Below, in pieces: positions 1-13,506 of a DNA stretch of 64,000 nt (position 1 is the first letter of the stretch; every line of letters starts with the position of its first letter). Under the pieces are notes generated by a model. It saw nothing but the letters and a program-made list of their open reading frames with translations, ran no database searches and had not been told where the DNA came from. The translations under genes were made by a program, and so were the position numbers. Source of the stretch: Octopus sinensis (taxonomy: Eukaryota); NCBI RefSeq assembly GCF_006345805.1, contig NC_042998.1:156054001-156118000 (forward strand), read 5' to 3'.

Positions 1-1802
1 CACACAGGACAGATTACTGGCAATCCCAAAGAATGTGCAGAAATCATTGCTGGATGCTATGCTGGCATCTTTACTGTCGAAGACCAAAATGTTCCATCTT
101 CATCACCACTGACATCGGACTCTATATCTACTATGCAATTTACACCAGCAATGCTACAACACCACCTTAAGAATAAACGCAACTATGCCTCTCCTGGTCT
201 CGATGGTGTTACATACCTACTTCTCAAACACGGTGGGTACTTTCTTCTAAGCCAACTTTCTCTATTCTTCCAATTCTGTCTTGACAATGGTGTTACTCCA
301 GAGCAGTGGAAAACTGCCAGTGTTATCCCTCTGTTCAAAAAAGGTGACTGCACATCGCCTGTCAACTATTGCCCCGTTAGTCTTACTAGCTGCATCACCA
401 AACTGATGGAATCCTGTATCAGGGAAACCCTCTGGAACTTCTGGAAGTCTCACAGCCTCATCCAGCCGACACATGTTGGATTTATTCCTAACTCCAGCTG
501 CTGTAATCAACTCATTGAGTTTCTTGAGGACGTTATCCAAATCACTGATCACGGATCTTGGGTGGATGTGGTTTACCTGGACTTTGCTAAGGATTTTAAC
601 TCTGTGCCACAAAAAAGACTTATGGTGAAGCTCTCTGTGTTGGGTGTAAGAGACGAACTCTATAACTGGTTGAAGTCCTTTATTTTCGGCCGAAAAGAGG
701 TTGTCACAGTTCTAGGACAGCACTCTTCACCCTATGAGATGACATCTGGTGTACCACAGGGATCTGTTCTTGGCCCCCTTTTATTTGTTGCATATGTTAA
801 TGACATAGATGTTAACTTAGAGAATGCCACAGTGCTGAAATATGCAGATGACATCAAGCTGAACCTCGAAATAAAGAGGTCAGATCCTGTACACTATAGA
901 TCTCTATTGCAAGCAGACCTGGACACAATGCAGCAGTGGATCATGGACTGGCAGCTCAAGCTGGCTGTGGACAAATGTACCACCATGCATTTTGGGAGGA
1001 GAAACCCAGCGTCCACCTACTCCTTCCACAACACTAATCTCAAAAAGTCTTCATGTGAATGTGACCTGGGTGTTATTGACAGTGATTTGCGTTGGACAAA
1101 ACACATCGCTAAAATTGTCAAGAAGGCTGAGGGTGTCTTGGCATCACTCACCAAATCCTTTGAGTCGCTCTCCAACTATCTATCTGCGGCTTTATATAGC
1201 TATGGTGCGACCTCACCTGGAATTTGCATCACCGGTCTGGAATCCCTATCTTGCCCAGGATATCAATCGTCTGGAAGCCGTTCAGTGACGTGCAACCAAA
1301 AGGATACCCTCCATCAGGCATTTGCCATATTCTGAACGCCTTACTTCCCTGGGTATGGACACATTGAAACTCCGACGTCTGGCAGCTGACTTGGCAGACA
1401 CCCATAAAATTATCAACCATCTCACAAACAATAACTCTGAGCACCTTTTCAAACTCCACCCATCTAACACCCGTGGACATATTTACAAAGTCAGAAAACA
1501 GCACAGCTCCCATGACTTTAGGAAACATTTTTTCACGCTGAGAGTTGCTGAAGCATGGAGCAAACTGCTGGCATTGGTTGTTAGTTGTCGGAGCACTGCA
1601 TCCTTCAAAACTTCCATGCTTTCTGAGATTTGCCAACACTACACCTGATTTCCTCCCCTCCATACACACACAAGCATGTATCTGACTCATACATTGTTCA
1701 CTTTCCAGACATTTGTACATTACTGCATGTACTTTATGCGCACTTACTGACAAGTTGTGGTGCACCTGAGCACTGCATACAATAATTTCATTATATTATT
1801 AA
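1..1802 (+). mobile_element. CR1/L2-group LINE, 3' portion (RT and 3' UTR), frameshifted
   Basis: RT motifs ASPGLDG, LDFAKDFNSV, SGVPQGSVLGPLLF, KYADDIK; the C-terminal part continues in other frames (VRPHLEFASPVWNPY; FFTLRVAEAWSKL); ends in an ATT-rich tail near 1790-1802. Confidence 0.9.
133..1648 (+). pseudogene. Reverse transcriptase (jockey/CR1-like), split across ORFs 133-1335, 992-1288 and 1322-1648
   Basis: Consecutive RT and thumb segments lie in different frames. Confidence 0.85.
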
Positions 1803-1908
1803 TAGAAAGCAGTGTGCAAATGTCTTAAATGTTCATTTGTATTAAAGTCTCATATACCTTCAAAAATATGATAACTACATTAATATTATTGTAGACTATG
1901 ATGATAAA

Positions 1909-2008
1909 NNNNNNNNNNNNNNNNNNNNNNNNNNNNNNNNNNNNNNNNNNNNNNNNNNNNNNNNNNNNNNNNNNNNNNNNNNNNNNNNNNNNNNNNNNNN
2001 NNNNNNNN
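1909..2008. other. Assembly gap (100 N)
   Basis: Run of exactly 100 N; flanks may not be truly adjacent. Confidence 1.
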
Positions 2009-4520
2009 GTTGGCTCTCACACGCAAGTTTTTCATGGAGCAAGCAGTGCTTTGGCCAACAAGAGGTGAGAATGTCTTGGACCTCTGTTTCATAAGCAACC
2101 CGATGCTCATCCACAACATAATGGTAACACCAACAATTCTCTCAGATCACAACTTAGTAGAGGTAATGATATATGGTATGAGAGAGTTAGTTGAGACGCA
2201 GCCATTAGAAAATACCACAGGCCTATCCAGTCTAAACTTCCATAAGGCAAACTGGAAGAAGATCAACGAAGAGATCCGAAAACATGACTGGAGTGACTTC
2301 ATCACCACACAAGACACCAACACACATTTCCAACATTTCATGACAACAATACAGAACATATGCCATAAGTTTGTCCCGGAGAAAAAAGCCAGCGGGCATA
2401 GGAACGTTATTCCCAGAGACAGGAAAATACTTATGAGGCGAAGAGCTAAGCTCTCGAAGCAACTGAATGCACGGCAGAGAAACAATGAGGGACTCCACCT
2501 GAAACTTTTTGAAACGGAAACTGCACTCAAACTTTCCTATGAGAAGGAGAGGGCAGAGAGAGAAGCCAGGGCCATAGAGAATATTAAAACAAACCCTAAA
2601 GCCTTCTTTAAATTTGCGAAAGAAACCACCCCGGTACACTGCAAGATTGGCCCACTCTTTGATAAAAAGGGCTCTCTAACTGAGGACCCCCAAGGGATAA
2701 GTGAAATACTAAAGGAACAGTATAAAAGTGTGTTCACATCCCCTCTGGGGCACATGCAAATCACAAACCCAGAAGTTTTCTTTGATGCCACAACACTCCA
2801 AAACCAAACAACAACCATCGACCACATAGACATAACAGAGAGGGATGTAATATCTGCCATAGAAGAAATGAGAATAAACTCAGCTGCTGGACCAGATGGA
2901 TTCCCAGCAGTCCTCCAAAAACATGCAGGCATGCCCTAGCGGGACCACTGAAGAAGCTCTTCAGTGGTTCCTTGGCTAACGGTAAACTGCCCAGGGCGCT
3001 AAAAGAAGGCACCATATGCCCTATCCACAAAGGAGGGAGTAGAGCAGAGGCCAAAAACTACAGGCCAGTCTCCCTGATGTCACACATAAGTAAGGTCATG
3101 GAACGAATCATCAGAAAAAAACTGATCACGTTCCTCGAAGAAACTAACCGTCTCACTGACACACAGCATGGCTTTCGCCCAGGAAGAAGCTGCCTTACGC
3201 AGCTGTTACAACACTACGACTGGGTACTGAAACAACTACTGGATCGCTCACAGGTGGATGTGGTATATCTCGACTTTGCGAAGGCCTTTGACAAAGTCGA
3301 CCACGGAGTGATATGTCACAAATTACTCAGACTCGGCATAACAGGAAAAGTAGGTGAGTGGATACATGACTTCCTGAAGGACAGAAGCCAGATGGTTGCA
3401 GCCAATGGAGCCCTCTCGGGAAAGACACCAATAGCAAGCGGGGTGCCACAGGGCACAGTCTTGGGACCCTTGCTGTTTTTGGTGGCGCTCTCTGACATGC
3501 CCTTGGTAGCACAAACAACATCCCTCACTAGCTATGCTGATGACACAAAGGTAGCACAGGCAATCAAAAACCCAGCTGATGCTGACCTTTTACAACAAGA
3601 TCTGGATGCCATATACAAATGGGCTGAAGACAACAACATGCAATTTAATGCTGGTAAATTTCAAGCCTTACAATATCAAGCTGTAAACACATATACATTA
3701 CAACACAACTATACTGGTCCAGGAGGGATCGAAATCCCAGTATCGAAATCAATACGGGACCTGGGGATAGACATGAGTGACGATGCATCTTTTTCTTCAC
3801 ACATCGCGAAGGTGGCGACAATGTGCAGACGACTCACTGGCTGGATCCTGAGGACATTCCGGACAAGAGACTGCGAGACCATGTTGACACTATGGAGGAC
3901 ATTTGTCCTAAGCCGCCTGGACTACTGCTCCCAACTGTGGTCACCGCATAGTGTCAAACTAACCACAGAGCTTGAGACAATCCAAAGACATTTCACCAAG
4001 AGGATTTCCACCATGAAAGAAAAGAACTATTGGGAGAGGCTTAGGGAACTCAATTTGTACTCCTTGGAACGAAGACGAGAGAGATATGCAGTGATATACA
4101 TATGGAAAATCCTGGAGGGACTAGCACCAAATTTTGGAATTGAGAGTTGTTCCAATCCCCGTACAGGACGTCACTGTGTGGTGCCAAAGGTCCCGTCTTC
4201 CACATCCAGGGTAAGGAGCAGATACTGTAATAGCCTGGGGTTCAGGGGCCCTCAGCTGTTCAACAAACTGCCAAGAAAACTAAGAGATCTACATGATGCG
4301 GATGTGGACATTTTCAAAAAACATCTAGACAAGCTGCTTTCCGGGATCCCAGATGAACCCACTGCAAGGTACGAAGGTAACCTAAGGGCAGTAGCTACAA
4401 ACTCTCTCTTAGATCAGTGGCCAGCCACGGCATCTGGACTTAAAGAGGGTAGCAACAAGGGCGGTGCCCCAGCATGGCCTCAGCCGGATGGCTGAAACAA
4501 GTAAAAGAGTAAAAGAGTAA
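2009..4520 (+). mobile_element. CR1/L2-group LINE (endonuclease C-terminus, linker, RT, 3' tail), cut by the gap at its 5' side
   Basis: APE end (ENVLDLCFISN, ILSDHNLV), [39 protein letters not shown]; one frameshift near 2915-2940; tail gtaaaagagtaaaagagtaa at 4501-4520. Confidence 0.93.
2972..4495 (+). CDS. LINE ORF2 reverse transcriptase domain, uninterrupted 507 aa
   Basis: ORF track; all non-LTR RT motifs present; the stop codon lies inside the SINE-shared tail. Confidence 0.85.
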   Translation: MANGKLPRALKEGTICPIHKGGSRAEAKNYRPVSLMSHISKVMERIIRKKLITFLEETNRLTDTQHGFRPGRSCLTQLLQHYDWVLKQLLDRSQVDVVYLDFAKAFDKVDHGVICHKLLRLGITGKVGEWIHDFLKDRSQMVAANGALSGKTPIASGVPQGTVLGPLLFLVALSDMPLVAQTTSLTSYADDTKVAQAIKNPADADLLQQDLDAIYKWAEDNNMQFNAGKFQALQYQAVNTYTLQHNYTGPGGIEIPVSKSIRDLGIDMSDDASFSSHIAKVATMCRRLTGWILRTFRTRDCETMLTLWRTFVLSRLDYCSQLWSPHSVKLTTELETIQRHFTKRISTMKEKNYWERLRELNLYSLERRRERYAVIYIWKILEGLAPNFGIESCSNPRTGRHCVVPKVPSSTSRVRSRYCNSLGFRGPQLFNKLPRKLRDLHDADVDIFKKHLDKLLSGIPDEPTARYEGNLRAVATNSLLDQWPATASGLKEGSNKGGAPAWPQPDG

Positions 4521-4567
<47 letters not shown>

Positions 4568-4625
4568 ATTATATATATATATATATATACATATATTATA
4601 TATACATATATCTATATATACAATA

Positions 4626-4691
<66 letters not shown>

Positions 4692-4732
4692 CATAATATA
4701 TATACATAATATATATACATATATATATATAC

Positions 4733-4764
<32 letters not shown>

Positions 4765-4776
4765 GCATATATATGC

Positions 4777-4830
<54 letters not shown>

Positions 4831-4878
4831 TATATATAATATATATATATATATTATATATATGCATATATATATACA
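4521..4878. repeat. (TA)n-rich microsatellite
   Basis: Seen directly. Confidence 0.95.
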
Positions 4879-5141
4879 CAGGATTAACAAAATTCCAACT
4901 GTAATTCATATTATGGATAAATATATGTGATGATAACTATGTTTTACCTTATATATATCCTGTACTGATTAAATCTATTGTAATATAATCAGTCTAAGTT
5001 CTTAGTTAAACCACCAAAAACTATTATCTTTTATAGTACAAGTAAAAAGATATATTTTACGATGTGTTAATACTAATAGACCAGCATATATAGGATTAAA
5101 TCCTTAGAGCAAAAAAAATCTCTCAGCAACCAGATTTATAT

Positions 5142-5191
<50 letters not shown>

Positions 5192-5346
5192 TATATATAT
5201 ATATATATGCATTTTGCACATCCTTACGTATACTAATAATGATAATAATAACAAGTAGGATAATGCCCTGATGCACTACCAAGCAGTGGCTCTCATGTAT
5301 GTTTTATTTCTCTTCCCAAAGATTCATAGTTATGCTTGGTTAATGC

Positions 5347-5588
5347 TGTTGTTGTTATATATATATAATGTATTGAGTATTAGGAAAGGAAGTAGTGAGT
5401 ACTTAGTATGAAAGATTAAGAAAATGAGAGAGACTGAAACAACGTGTGTTAACGATACAAGATACTTTATTCGACTGCCGTTGTTGTACAAGTTAATTGT
5501 TTTGGCGGGAAACAAAGTGAAAGTCCTTTTATCAAGGGAGACAAGGGCGACGTTGATTGTTCATGTTTGTTGTGATGATTATATAACA
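5347..5588 (-). repeat. 3' LTR (242 bp)
   Basis: Matches 9626-9863 apart from three small indels. Confidence 0.97.
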
Positions 5589-5608
5589 TCTTCCTTTTTT
5601 TTTTTTTT
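5589..5608 (-). promoter_or_regulatory. Polypurine tract
   Basis: Minus strand reads A-run then GGAAGA directly before the 3' LTR. Confidence 0.85.
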
Positions 5609-5776
5609 TAAATTTTTTTTATTTTTATATCATCTGTATCTACAGGGAATAATTATTCGTCGTCCACTTTTTGTGGTTTTATTATTTTGTAGTGTTGAAT
5701 TCTGTAGTCGTGCTGTTTTTGTTTTTTCATGCGTGTTTGTTGACTTTGGAAATATATTTTCATAATAATTCTTCTG

Positions 5777-8641
5777 TTATGCGAACGTGTTCGTTTGTTT
5801 AAGAATATGTTGTCTATTTCGTTTGACTGTATTTCCTTCCTCTGTTATTACTAAGTATGAACGAGGTTGCTCTAGTTTTTTAATTATTTTGCCCCTTCTA
5901 AACCAATTGTTGTTAAACTTAATTCTAACCGTGTCGTGTGGTTTTAACTCTGGGAGTTCTGTTGTAATGTTTGATTTCTTCTTTTCGTGAGGCCTGATAC
6001 CAATTTTGTCGTGTAGTATGTTTGGGAGATTTGTTCGCAATGTTCTATTCATTATTTGATTTGCAGGGGATGGTGCACCATTTTGTAATTTAGTCGTGCG
6101 TAATGCTAAGAGCGCTAACTGAGGTTCTTCGTCACTTTTGAATGCCTTTTTTAGCGTCTTTTTTATTGTCTGTATATTTCTCTCAACCATGCCATTCGCT
6201 TGATGATAATGCGGGCTTGTCTTCGTGTGATGAAAATGCCAATTTTTTGCAAATTTTTTGAATTCAGCCGAATTGAATTCTGGACCGTTGTCACTTACAA
6301 CTGTTTGCGGAATCCGAATTTAGCAAAAGTTTCTTTTAATTTTTTGATTACGGTTTTTGACTGGCAATCATTTATTTCGTGTAGATCAAAAAATCTTGTT
6401 GTATAGTCAATAATTGTGACATACGAATTTCCAGACAGGTGAAATACGTCTGTACCCACTTTGTCCATGGTGTAGTAGGTATTTCATGATTTATTAGTGG
6501 TTCGGCTGCTTGTTGATTTTTGTAGTCAATGCAGTATGAGCATGTGTTAATCATGTCTTTGATTTGAGCGTTAATGCCGGGCCAGTATATACATTCCTTC
6601 GCTCTCTCTATGCATTTTTCGATACCCATGTGTCCGGTATGTATTTCCTGTAGAGCTTCTCTACGTAATGACTTAGGTACAATTATTCTTGAACCTTTTG
6701 ACGATTGATATTTCATCACGAACGGATACGAATGGTTTGATGTTTATTGGTATTTTGTCTTTTGGGGGCCATTCTGTTCTTGTATATGTGACGAGTGTCT
6801 GTAGAGACGGGTCGTCTGCAGTGGCTTCTTTATACTCTTTTAATTTAGTGTCGGTTATGGGGTAATTTTTTATTACTGCATGAATGTGTGATTTCATATC
6901 TTCGTCTGGTACTTCTGGAGTATTTTGCTCAAGGTATGCACGTGATAGGGTATCTGCAACAATTGATTCTTTACCAGGTAGTGGTTTAGGTCAAAATCAT
7001 ATCTTTGTAATGTTAGTAGAAATCTTTGGATTCTGGGGGGCATTTAGTGATCGATTTTTTGAATATTTGCTTCAACGGTTTATGGTCATTTTCGATTCTG
7101 AAATGAGTTCCGTATATAAAGTGATGAAATTTCTTGCATGCGAAAACTATACTGAGAGCTTCGCTCTCTATCGGACAGTAGTTTTGTTCCGCTTGAGTTG
7201 TTGCACGAGATGCAAACGAAACAGGTAGCCATCTTTCGTTGTGTTTCTGCTCAAGTATCGCTCCGAGCCCATGCTTACTAGCATCTGTAGTTATTTTTAT
7301 TGGTAGATCTGGATCATAAAATTGTAGCACTGGTTTTCTGGTAATCATTTCTTTTAGCTTTTTTATTGCTTCGATTTATGGTTTGTCGAATGACCATAAC
7401 GTGTCACTCTGTGGAAGCTGGCGCAATGGTGCTGTGACTTCGGAGTAATTAGATAAAAATTTACATAGGTAATTTGTCATACCTAGGAATCTTTGTAATT
7501 CTTTTTTACTTGTTGGCAGTGGCATGTGAATGATTGCTTGTACTTTGGTTGGATCTTGTTTTATCCCTTCGCTGGTTAATATATGCCCCAGGTACTTGAT
7601 TTGTGATTCATAGAAGATACACTTTGATTTATTTAACTTTATCTGTGCTTTCGGATTCGATCGAAAACTTGTTGTAGTCTATTTGTGTGTTCTTCTAAAG
7701 TGTTGGACCAGATTATGATGTCATCCTGTGAATTTCTTGCTCCTTCTATGCCCTCTATTATTTTTGAAATTTCTTTTTGGAAAACTTCACTGGCGCTGTG
7801 AATTCCAAAGGGTAGTCGTGTGAAGCGATACCTTCCAAAAGGTGTGTTGAACGTTAAAAGATGGGAGCTTTCTTCGTCAACTGGAATTTGCCAGTATCCA
7901 TTAGATGCATCGAGTTTTGAAAAATATTTAGGGTTATGCATTTGTGCAAAAATGTCCTCCGCTGTAGGGAGTTTGAAATGTTGCCTTTTTATGGGTTTGT
8001 TTAGATTCTTGGGGTCTAAACAGAGTCGGAGTTTTCCGTTGGCTTTTTCAACGATGACTAGGGAATTTACCCAGTCTGTAGGTTCACTAACAGGTTTTAT
8101 GATATCTAATTCTGTCATTCTTTTTAATTCTTTGTTGAGTTTTTCTTTTATAGAAAAAGGAACCGATCTTGGTGGATGAATTACAGGAGTTATTTGTGGA
8201 TCCACTGTGATATGATGTGTTATTGACAAAGTGCCGATTTCTCCGAAACAGTCTTCATATTTTTCTAATATGTCGTTTGTGTTCGACGAATTTATTTTTG
8301 AAATTCTCTGAATCAGGTTCAGATCTTTAGCTGTCTTTGCATCTATAACTGCGTGCGAGTTTGTTTTTGCAACAATGAATTTTATTTGCTTTGATAATTC
8401 TTTGTATTTAATGACTGCTGTGCATTTTCCTAGCACTTTTATAGCTGTGTTTTATTATAAGCTGATAATCGAGTTGAGGTTTTTTCAGTTGTGGTTTTGG
8501 AATTATATTTCTATATTCTCTGAATGGCAGTACGGTTACGTCTGCTCCTGTATCTATTTTGAATGTTACATTCGAGTTGTTCACTTTTAGTTCGACCGTC
8601 CAAATGTCTTTTGGAGTCTTGAACTTTTCGATTTTGTGCAC
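5777..8641 (-). pseudogene. Gypsy pol (protease, RT, RNase H, integrase), multiple frameshifts
   Basis: FKIDTGADV (protease); LDASNGYWQI and SQDDIII (RT); TTDASKHGLGA (RNase H); HTGHMG...CSYC (integrase Zn finger); GMVERNIQTIKK (integrase core). Confidence 0.92.
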
Positions 8642-9546
8642 GCGGAATTATTTGCAGTGATCATTTCGAGTGCATGTGTATCGTCATCTGATTCATCGTC
8701 GGTATGTATCTCTACTTTATGTACAAATTTTCTTGATTTGCACATTTTTGCATAGTGTCCTTGTTTCTTGCATTTTTCACATGTCTTGTGAAATGCTGGG
8801 CATTTATTTCTTTTGTGATTATAACCACAATAGTGACAGTTAGTGACGTAGTGTTGACTTGGCGCTTGAAACTTCGCGGGCTTTCTGTCACTTCCGCCTT
8901 GTTCGTTTTGATGTCTGGATTGCATATGGCGGGTTATTTGAGTTTTGCGCCTTTTCTGTCGTGTTGACTATATACCCTCGAGATTTCGTTATCTCTTGTT
9001 TCGGATGTGGCATTTAGCATCCTTGATTGGAGTCGTGTTTGCTCTGCACTCTGACCTGCTTGAATTGTTTTTTGTAGGTCTAAATTTGGTTCTCTCAATA
9101 ATCTTTCTCTTAATCTCATGTCTCTGATTCCACATATCAGAATATCTTTGGTGAGACTGTCTGTGAGGTTGCCGAATTCGCACTGTTGTGCCTTTTGGCG
9201 CAACTCTACTACGTACTCATCGAATTTTTGATGTTCCGCTTGTCCACATGTGAAGAATTTTTGTCTTAGGAAAGTTATGTTTTTCCTGGGTTCACAATAT
9301 GCATCGAATTTTTCGATTACTGTCTGAAGGTTCATTTCTTCGTCGGGTGAATCGAAATCCAGTGTGGAATGGATATCTCGGCCTTTAGAACCGATGCAAG
9401 TTAAAAATTGAAGTTTTTACTTTGTCTGGCTTCATGTCACTTTCTTGCTATCAAAAAGAGATTGAATATTTTTTCCACTTTTTCCATGCTGCGGCTAGAT
9501 TTTCCTGATTAAAGTCTAGGTCTTTTGGATGCGGTAAATTTTCCAT
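8587..9546 (-). pseudogene. Gypsy gag with zinc knuckles, frameshifted
   Basis: ATG at 9546 (MENLPHPKDLDF...AWKKW); YCEPRKNITFLRQKFF; CHYCGYNH...CPAFHKTCEKCKKQGHYAKMC. Confidence 0.88.
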
Positions 9547-9614
9547 TTCGTCTTTGAAGTATGATTTCAACTTCTTTTTTTCCTTTGGTTTCTGTATTTT
9601 GGGTTCTTTTAGTA

Positions 9615-9625
9615 TTCTGACACCA
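9615..9625 (-). promoter_or_regulatory. Primer-binding site TGGTGTCAGAA (tRNA-Leu-like)
   Basis: Abuts the 5' LTR; complementary to a tRNA 3' end TTCTGACACCA, recalled as tRNA-Leu(CAA). Confidence 0.8.
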
Positions 9626-9863
9626 TGTTGTTGTTATATATATATAATGTATTGAGTATTAAAGGAAGTAGTGAGTACTTAGTATGAAAGATTAAGAAAA
9701 TGAGAGAGACTGAAACAACGTGTTAACGATACAAGATACTTTATTCGACTGCCGTTGTTGTACAAGTTAATTGTTTTGGCGGGAAACAAAGTGAAAGTCC
9801 TTTTATCAAGGGAGACAATGGGCGACGTTGATTGTTCATGTTTGTTGTGATGATTATATAACA
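9626..9863 (-). repeat. 5' LTR (238 bp)
   Basis: TG...CA ends, adjacent PBS, TSD on the outer side. Confidence 0.97.
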
Positions 9864-10399
9864 AATGCCATTTAAATAAAGGAGTTGGATTCCAAAGAAT
9901 GTACGCATTTTACTGAATTATTTATATGACTAATCCTTAAATAAACAATAATTCCTTTTCTTCGATAAATAAAAACACATTAACTGGGTAAGTTATATAT
10001 ATTTTCAAACTATTTCTATCAGTCAACAAATTAAAAAAAAAAGGTTATCATACTTTTATATTTACTAAATAGAAAACCTAAAATAGGAATATATAGAGTG
10101 CTTTTGATTAGAATATTGACATCAACTCAAATAAGATGTTTAAATGTCTTGTATAGAGTATATTTGAATGTAACTTTGTAATTAAAGCCGGTTTAAAGAT
10201 GAAATTTCAACAATATAAGTTATTAAAGAACAATTGGAGCTTTAATATTTCGTTTTCAGATTGCATTTGCGAAGTGCATGTTAGCTAGTTACTTTCTTTG
10301 CCTGAAAGCCCCAACTTTCGAGTTTACAACTTAGTCATTTACTAACATAGACAGGTGCACCGATAATTAGAGGTAGAGGTGTTGGTTTAAAGCAGCTGA

Positions 10400-10401
10400 C
10401 C

Positions 10402-10435
<34 letters not shown>

Positions 10436-10620
10436 ATGTATGTATGTATGTATGTATGTATGTATGTATGTATGATGTATGTATGTATGCATGCATGCAT
10501 GCATGCATGCATGCATGCATGTATGTATGCATGCATGCATGTATGTATGCATGCATGCATGCATGCATGTATGTATGTATGTATGTATGTATGTATGTAT
10601 GTATGTGTCTTATGTATGTA
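10400..10620. repeat. Compound (TG)n/(TATG)n/(CATG)n microsatellite
   Basis: Seen directly. Confidence 0.95.
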
Positions 10621-11239
10621 TGTTGTCCTGGGTATGATTTTAAACTGCATCCAGTAGTGGGATCCTGGTACTGGAGTTCCAGGATTTTGAGGAGTATCGA
10701 ACTACCTCTTAGCCACTGTTGTTCCCAGGTCTACTCTGTTGTGGAGTAGCAGCCTTTGTTAGAATCTCATCTATGGGTTAACTAATATGTGAACCACATG
10801 GAATGAAGGTGCCCTAGCTCTTGTTAGAACTTCTTTCTTGGAGAAGGTAAACTCATATAATAAACCTGAAGTGCTGTTATTTTCTGGTCGTCTCAACTTC
10901 TGTTATATTGCGTTGAAAAGTGGGTTTAGTGCTGTACAACACTTTATCCACTCAAACACAAATTTATGCTCAAGAACTTCTTGAACTCTCAGAATGTTTG
11001 TACAGACTTATTGAGTTTAGAAAGCGGTTTTGCTTGGTCATGAGTTGACTTTCGCTGCGTATGTATGTATGTATGTATGTATGTATGTATGTATGTATGT
11101 ATGTATGTATGTATGTATGTATGGTCAGGTTGCTTGTGAGTGCTACTGGTAAAATGTAACCCAGAAAACCTGCTGCATGGTTGGGTTGTTGGTGACTAAA
11201 CTGGCAACATCACTAAGCTTGCTTACTGATGAGAATGAA

Positions 11240-13010
11240 TGGACACCCAGTAGGAGGAAAAACAAAACCTGTCAAAGGACAGATGAAATCATTAAAATCA
11301 ATGACCATCTTAGTCCTGCTATTTCTTATGGACAGCATTAGTTCCAACAGAAATCACTGACAAACCGGTGGCTTTGGCACAGATAAGACAGTGGCTGTGC
11401 AGAGGATCAACACGTTTCCAACAATGGGCAAACACAACAGGTTCAATTTGTCCAAAAGAGGTAGAACTAGAACTAGTCATTTCAGTTAGGGAAGTGAAAG
11501 AAATCAGCAAAAATATGGGCAACTAGAAGGCCCTGGGACCAGATGGAGTTCAAAGTCACTAGATCAAAAGATTTGGTAAATGTCATGCACGAATAGCTGC
11601 ACAACTCAACACCTTGGTAAATACCGACCAAGTTGACAACGGGTAGCACAGTGCTGTGCTTGAAAAACATCAAAAAAGGTAATAAGGTAGACAATTACAG
11701 GCCACTCATGCTTGTCATTCATGTAGTTATTATTGGTGGAACAGCCATAGAGTTAAAGTACGGACATCTGGGAAAAAATGGAGTCCTGCCACATGAGCAG
11801 AAGGGTTGCAAACGTAAGTGCAGAGGTACTAAAGATAAACTCCTGGTAGACAAAACTGTAATTAGAAATTGTAAGAGGGGGAAAACTAACTTAGCCATGT
11901 CATGGATCGATTATCGTAAGGCGTACGATATGATCCAACATTCTTAGATTATGGATGTATGAACCTATTTGGTATTGCATTGAATGTTGAGCGATTGCTT
12001 GGAAGAAGTATGGCTAAGTGGAGGACGGAACTGACAGCATATGGAAGAAGTTTAGGGACAATAGAAATCAGGAGGGGCATCTTCCAAGAGGACTGCCGGT
12101 CCTTACTGATCTTTGTACTAGGCTTGATACCACTAACACTAATTCTGAGGAAAGCAAAGGCTGGGTATGTATTTAAAAGCCGCCAACAAAAAGTTAGCTA
12201 CTTGTTATTCATGGATGACCTCAAATTTTATGGTAAAAATGAATCCCAAGTCAGTTCCTTCTGATACCAGAATGGAGTTTGGACTGAAAAAGTGTTGTGT
12301 TAGTCTTGAAGAGAGGCAAAATCAAATGTATGGACGGGCTAGCGATCCCGTCGGGGGAGGTTATGAAGCAGATAGAAGAGACAGGCTATAAGTACCTGGG
12401 GATATTGGAATTGGATAAATCGATGGAGAAAGAAATGACAGAAAAATTTAAGGTGGAGTACTTGTGCAGACTGAGACTCATCCATAAGTCGAAATTAAAC
12501 GGACGGAATAAGATTGAAGCTATCAACACCTGGGCCGTTTCATTCTTTAGATATGGAGTAGGGGTAATCGCATGGACAGTAGACGAACTAAACAGCTTAG
12601 ATAGAAAGACAAGGAAGTTGCTGACTAGATATGGGATACTTCACCCAATATGTGACACAGACAGACTGTATGTACCAAGAAAAAGAGGGGGAAGAGGGCT
12701 CATTGGATGCGAACACAGCATTAGAGCAGAAGAAAACAACATAACATAGCATGTAAAAAAATGCCACAGAACCACTATTATTGGAAGTAAGAAGGTCAGG
12801 CTTGTGTAAGGTGGAAGATTGCAAAGATAAAGTACTGTACAAGGACTTGAGAATGAATGAAACTGAAAACAGGCGGATAAAGAAAAGGATGTATGGACAA
12901 TTTCATGGGGATGTTGAAGATAAGATAGACAGAGGAAAAATATGGCTATGGGTGACTAAAAGTGATTTAAAACCGGAAACGGATGTTCTAATCTGTGCTA
13001 CCCAAGAGAA
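11240..13010 (+). mobile_element. R4/Dong-like non-LTR retrotransposon RT fragment, decayed
   Basis: QKGCKRKCRGTKDKLLVDK, WIDYRKAYD, IRRGIFQ, LLFMDDLKFY, YKYLGILE, LYVPRKRGGRGL across several frames with stops. Confidence 0.85.
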
Positions 13011-13450
13011 AGTAGTAGTAGTAGTAGTAGCAGCAGCAGTAGCAGCAGTGACAGTAGCAGTATAGCTCCAGGTCACCTCTGATGGAATATATTAGCCATA
13101 ATTGCCCTATCATTTTTAAGGACTAGAGTATGCATGGCTATATAAACCTGGTACCTGGAAGGTGACTATTTTCGTGTTGTATTTTGTTTGTATAGATTTT
13201 GCTGATTGATTTTCGAGAAATATCTGATGTAGCCATTAGCCTGGTGTTGAGGTGTGGGTATGTTAATTAGGTTTGTTATAATGATGTAGTGTGGTATGAT
13301 TGCTATTGTGGATTCTGCTAATTACACTATGTAATTTTTAACTGCTTGCTTCATCATTTATATTGAATACAAAATATTTGCTTGTTTTCTCTTTTTGTGT
13401 TTATTTTCTTTGTTATTTTCTATGTATGATGCTGGTTTTTATTTCCCCCT

Positions 13451-13506
<56 letters not shown>

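Larger units (their letters stand above)
5347..9863 (-). mobile_element. Full-length Ty3/Gypsy LTR retrotransposon (Mag/K02A2.6-like), 4517 bp, TSD AATGC
   Basis: TG...CA LTRs at 5347-5588 and 9626-9863; AATGC at 5342-5346 and 9864-9868; gag-PR-RT-RH-IN order on the minus strand. Confidence 0.97.

Noticed and set aside
1803-2100. The two LINEs as one composite element
   Set aside because: They are separated by a 100-N gap, the first already ends in its own 3' tail, and their RTs are clearly different.
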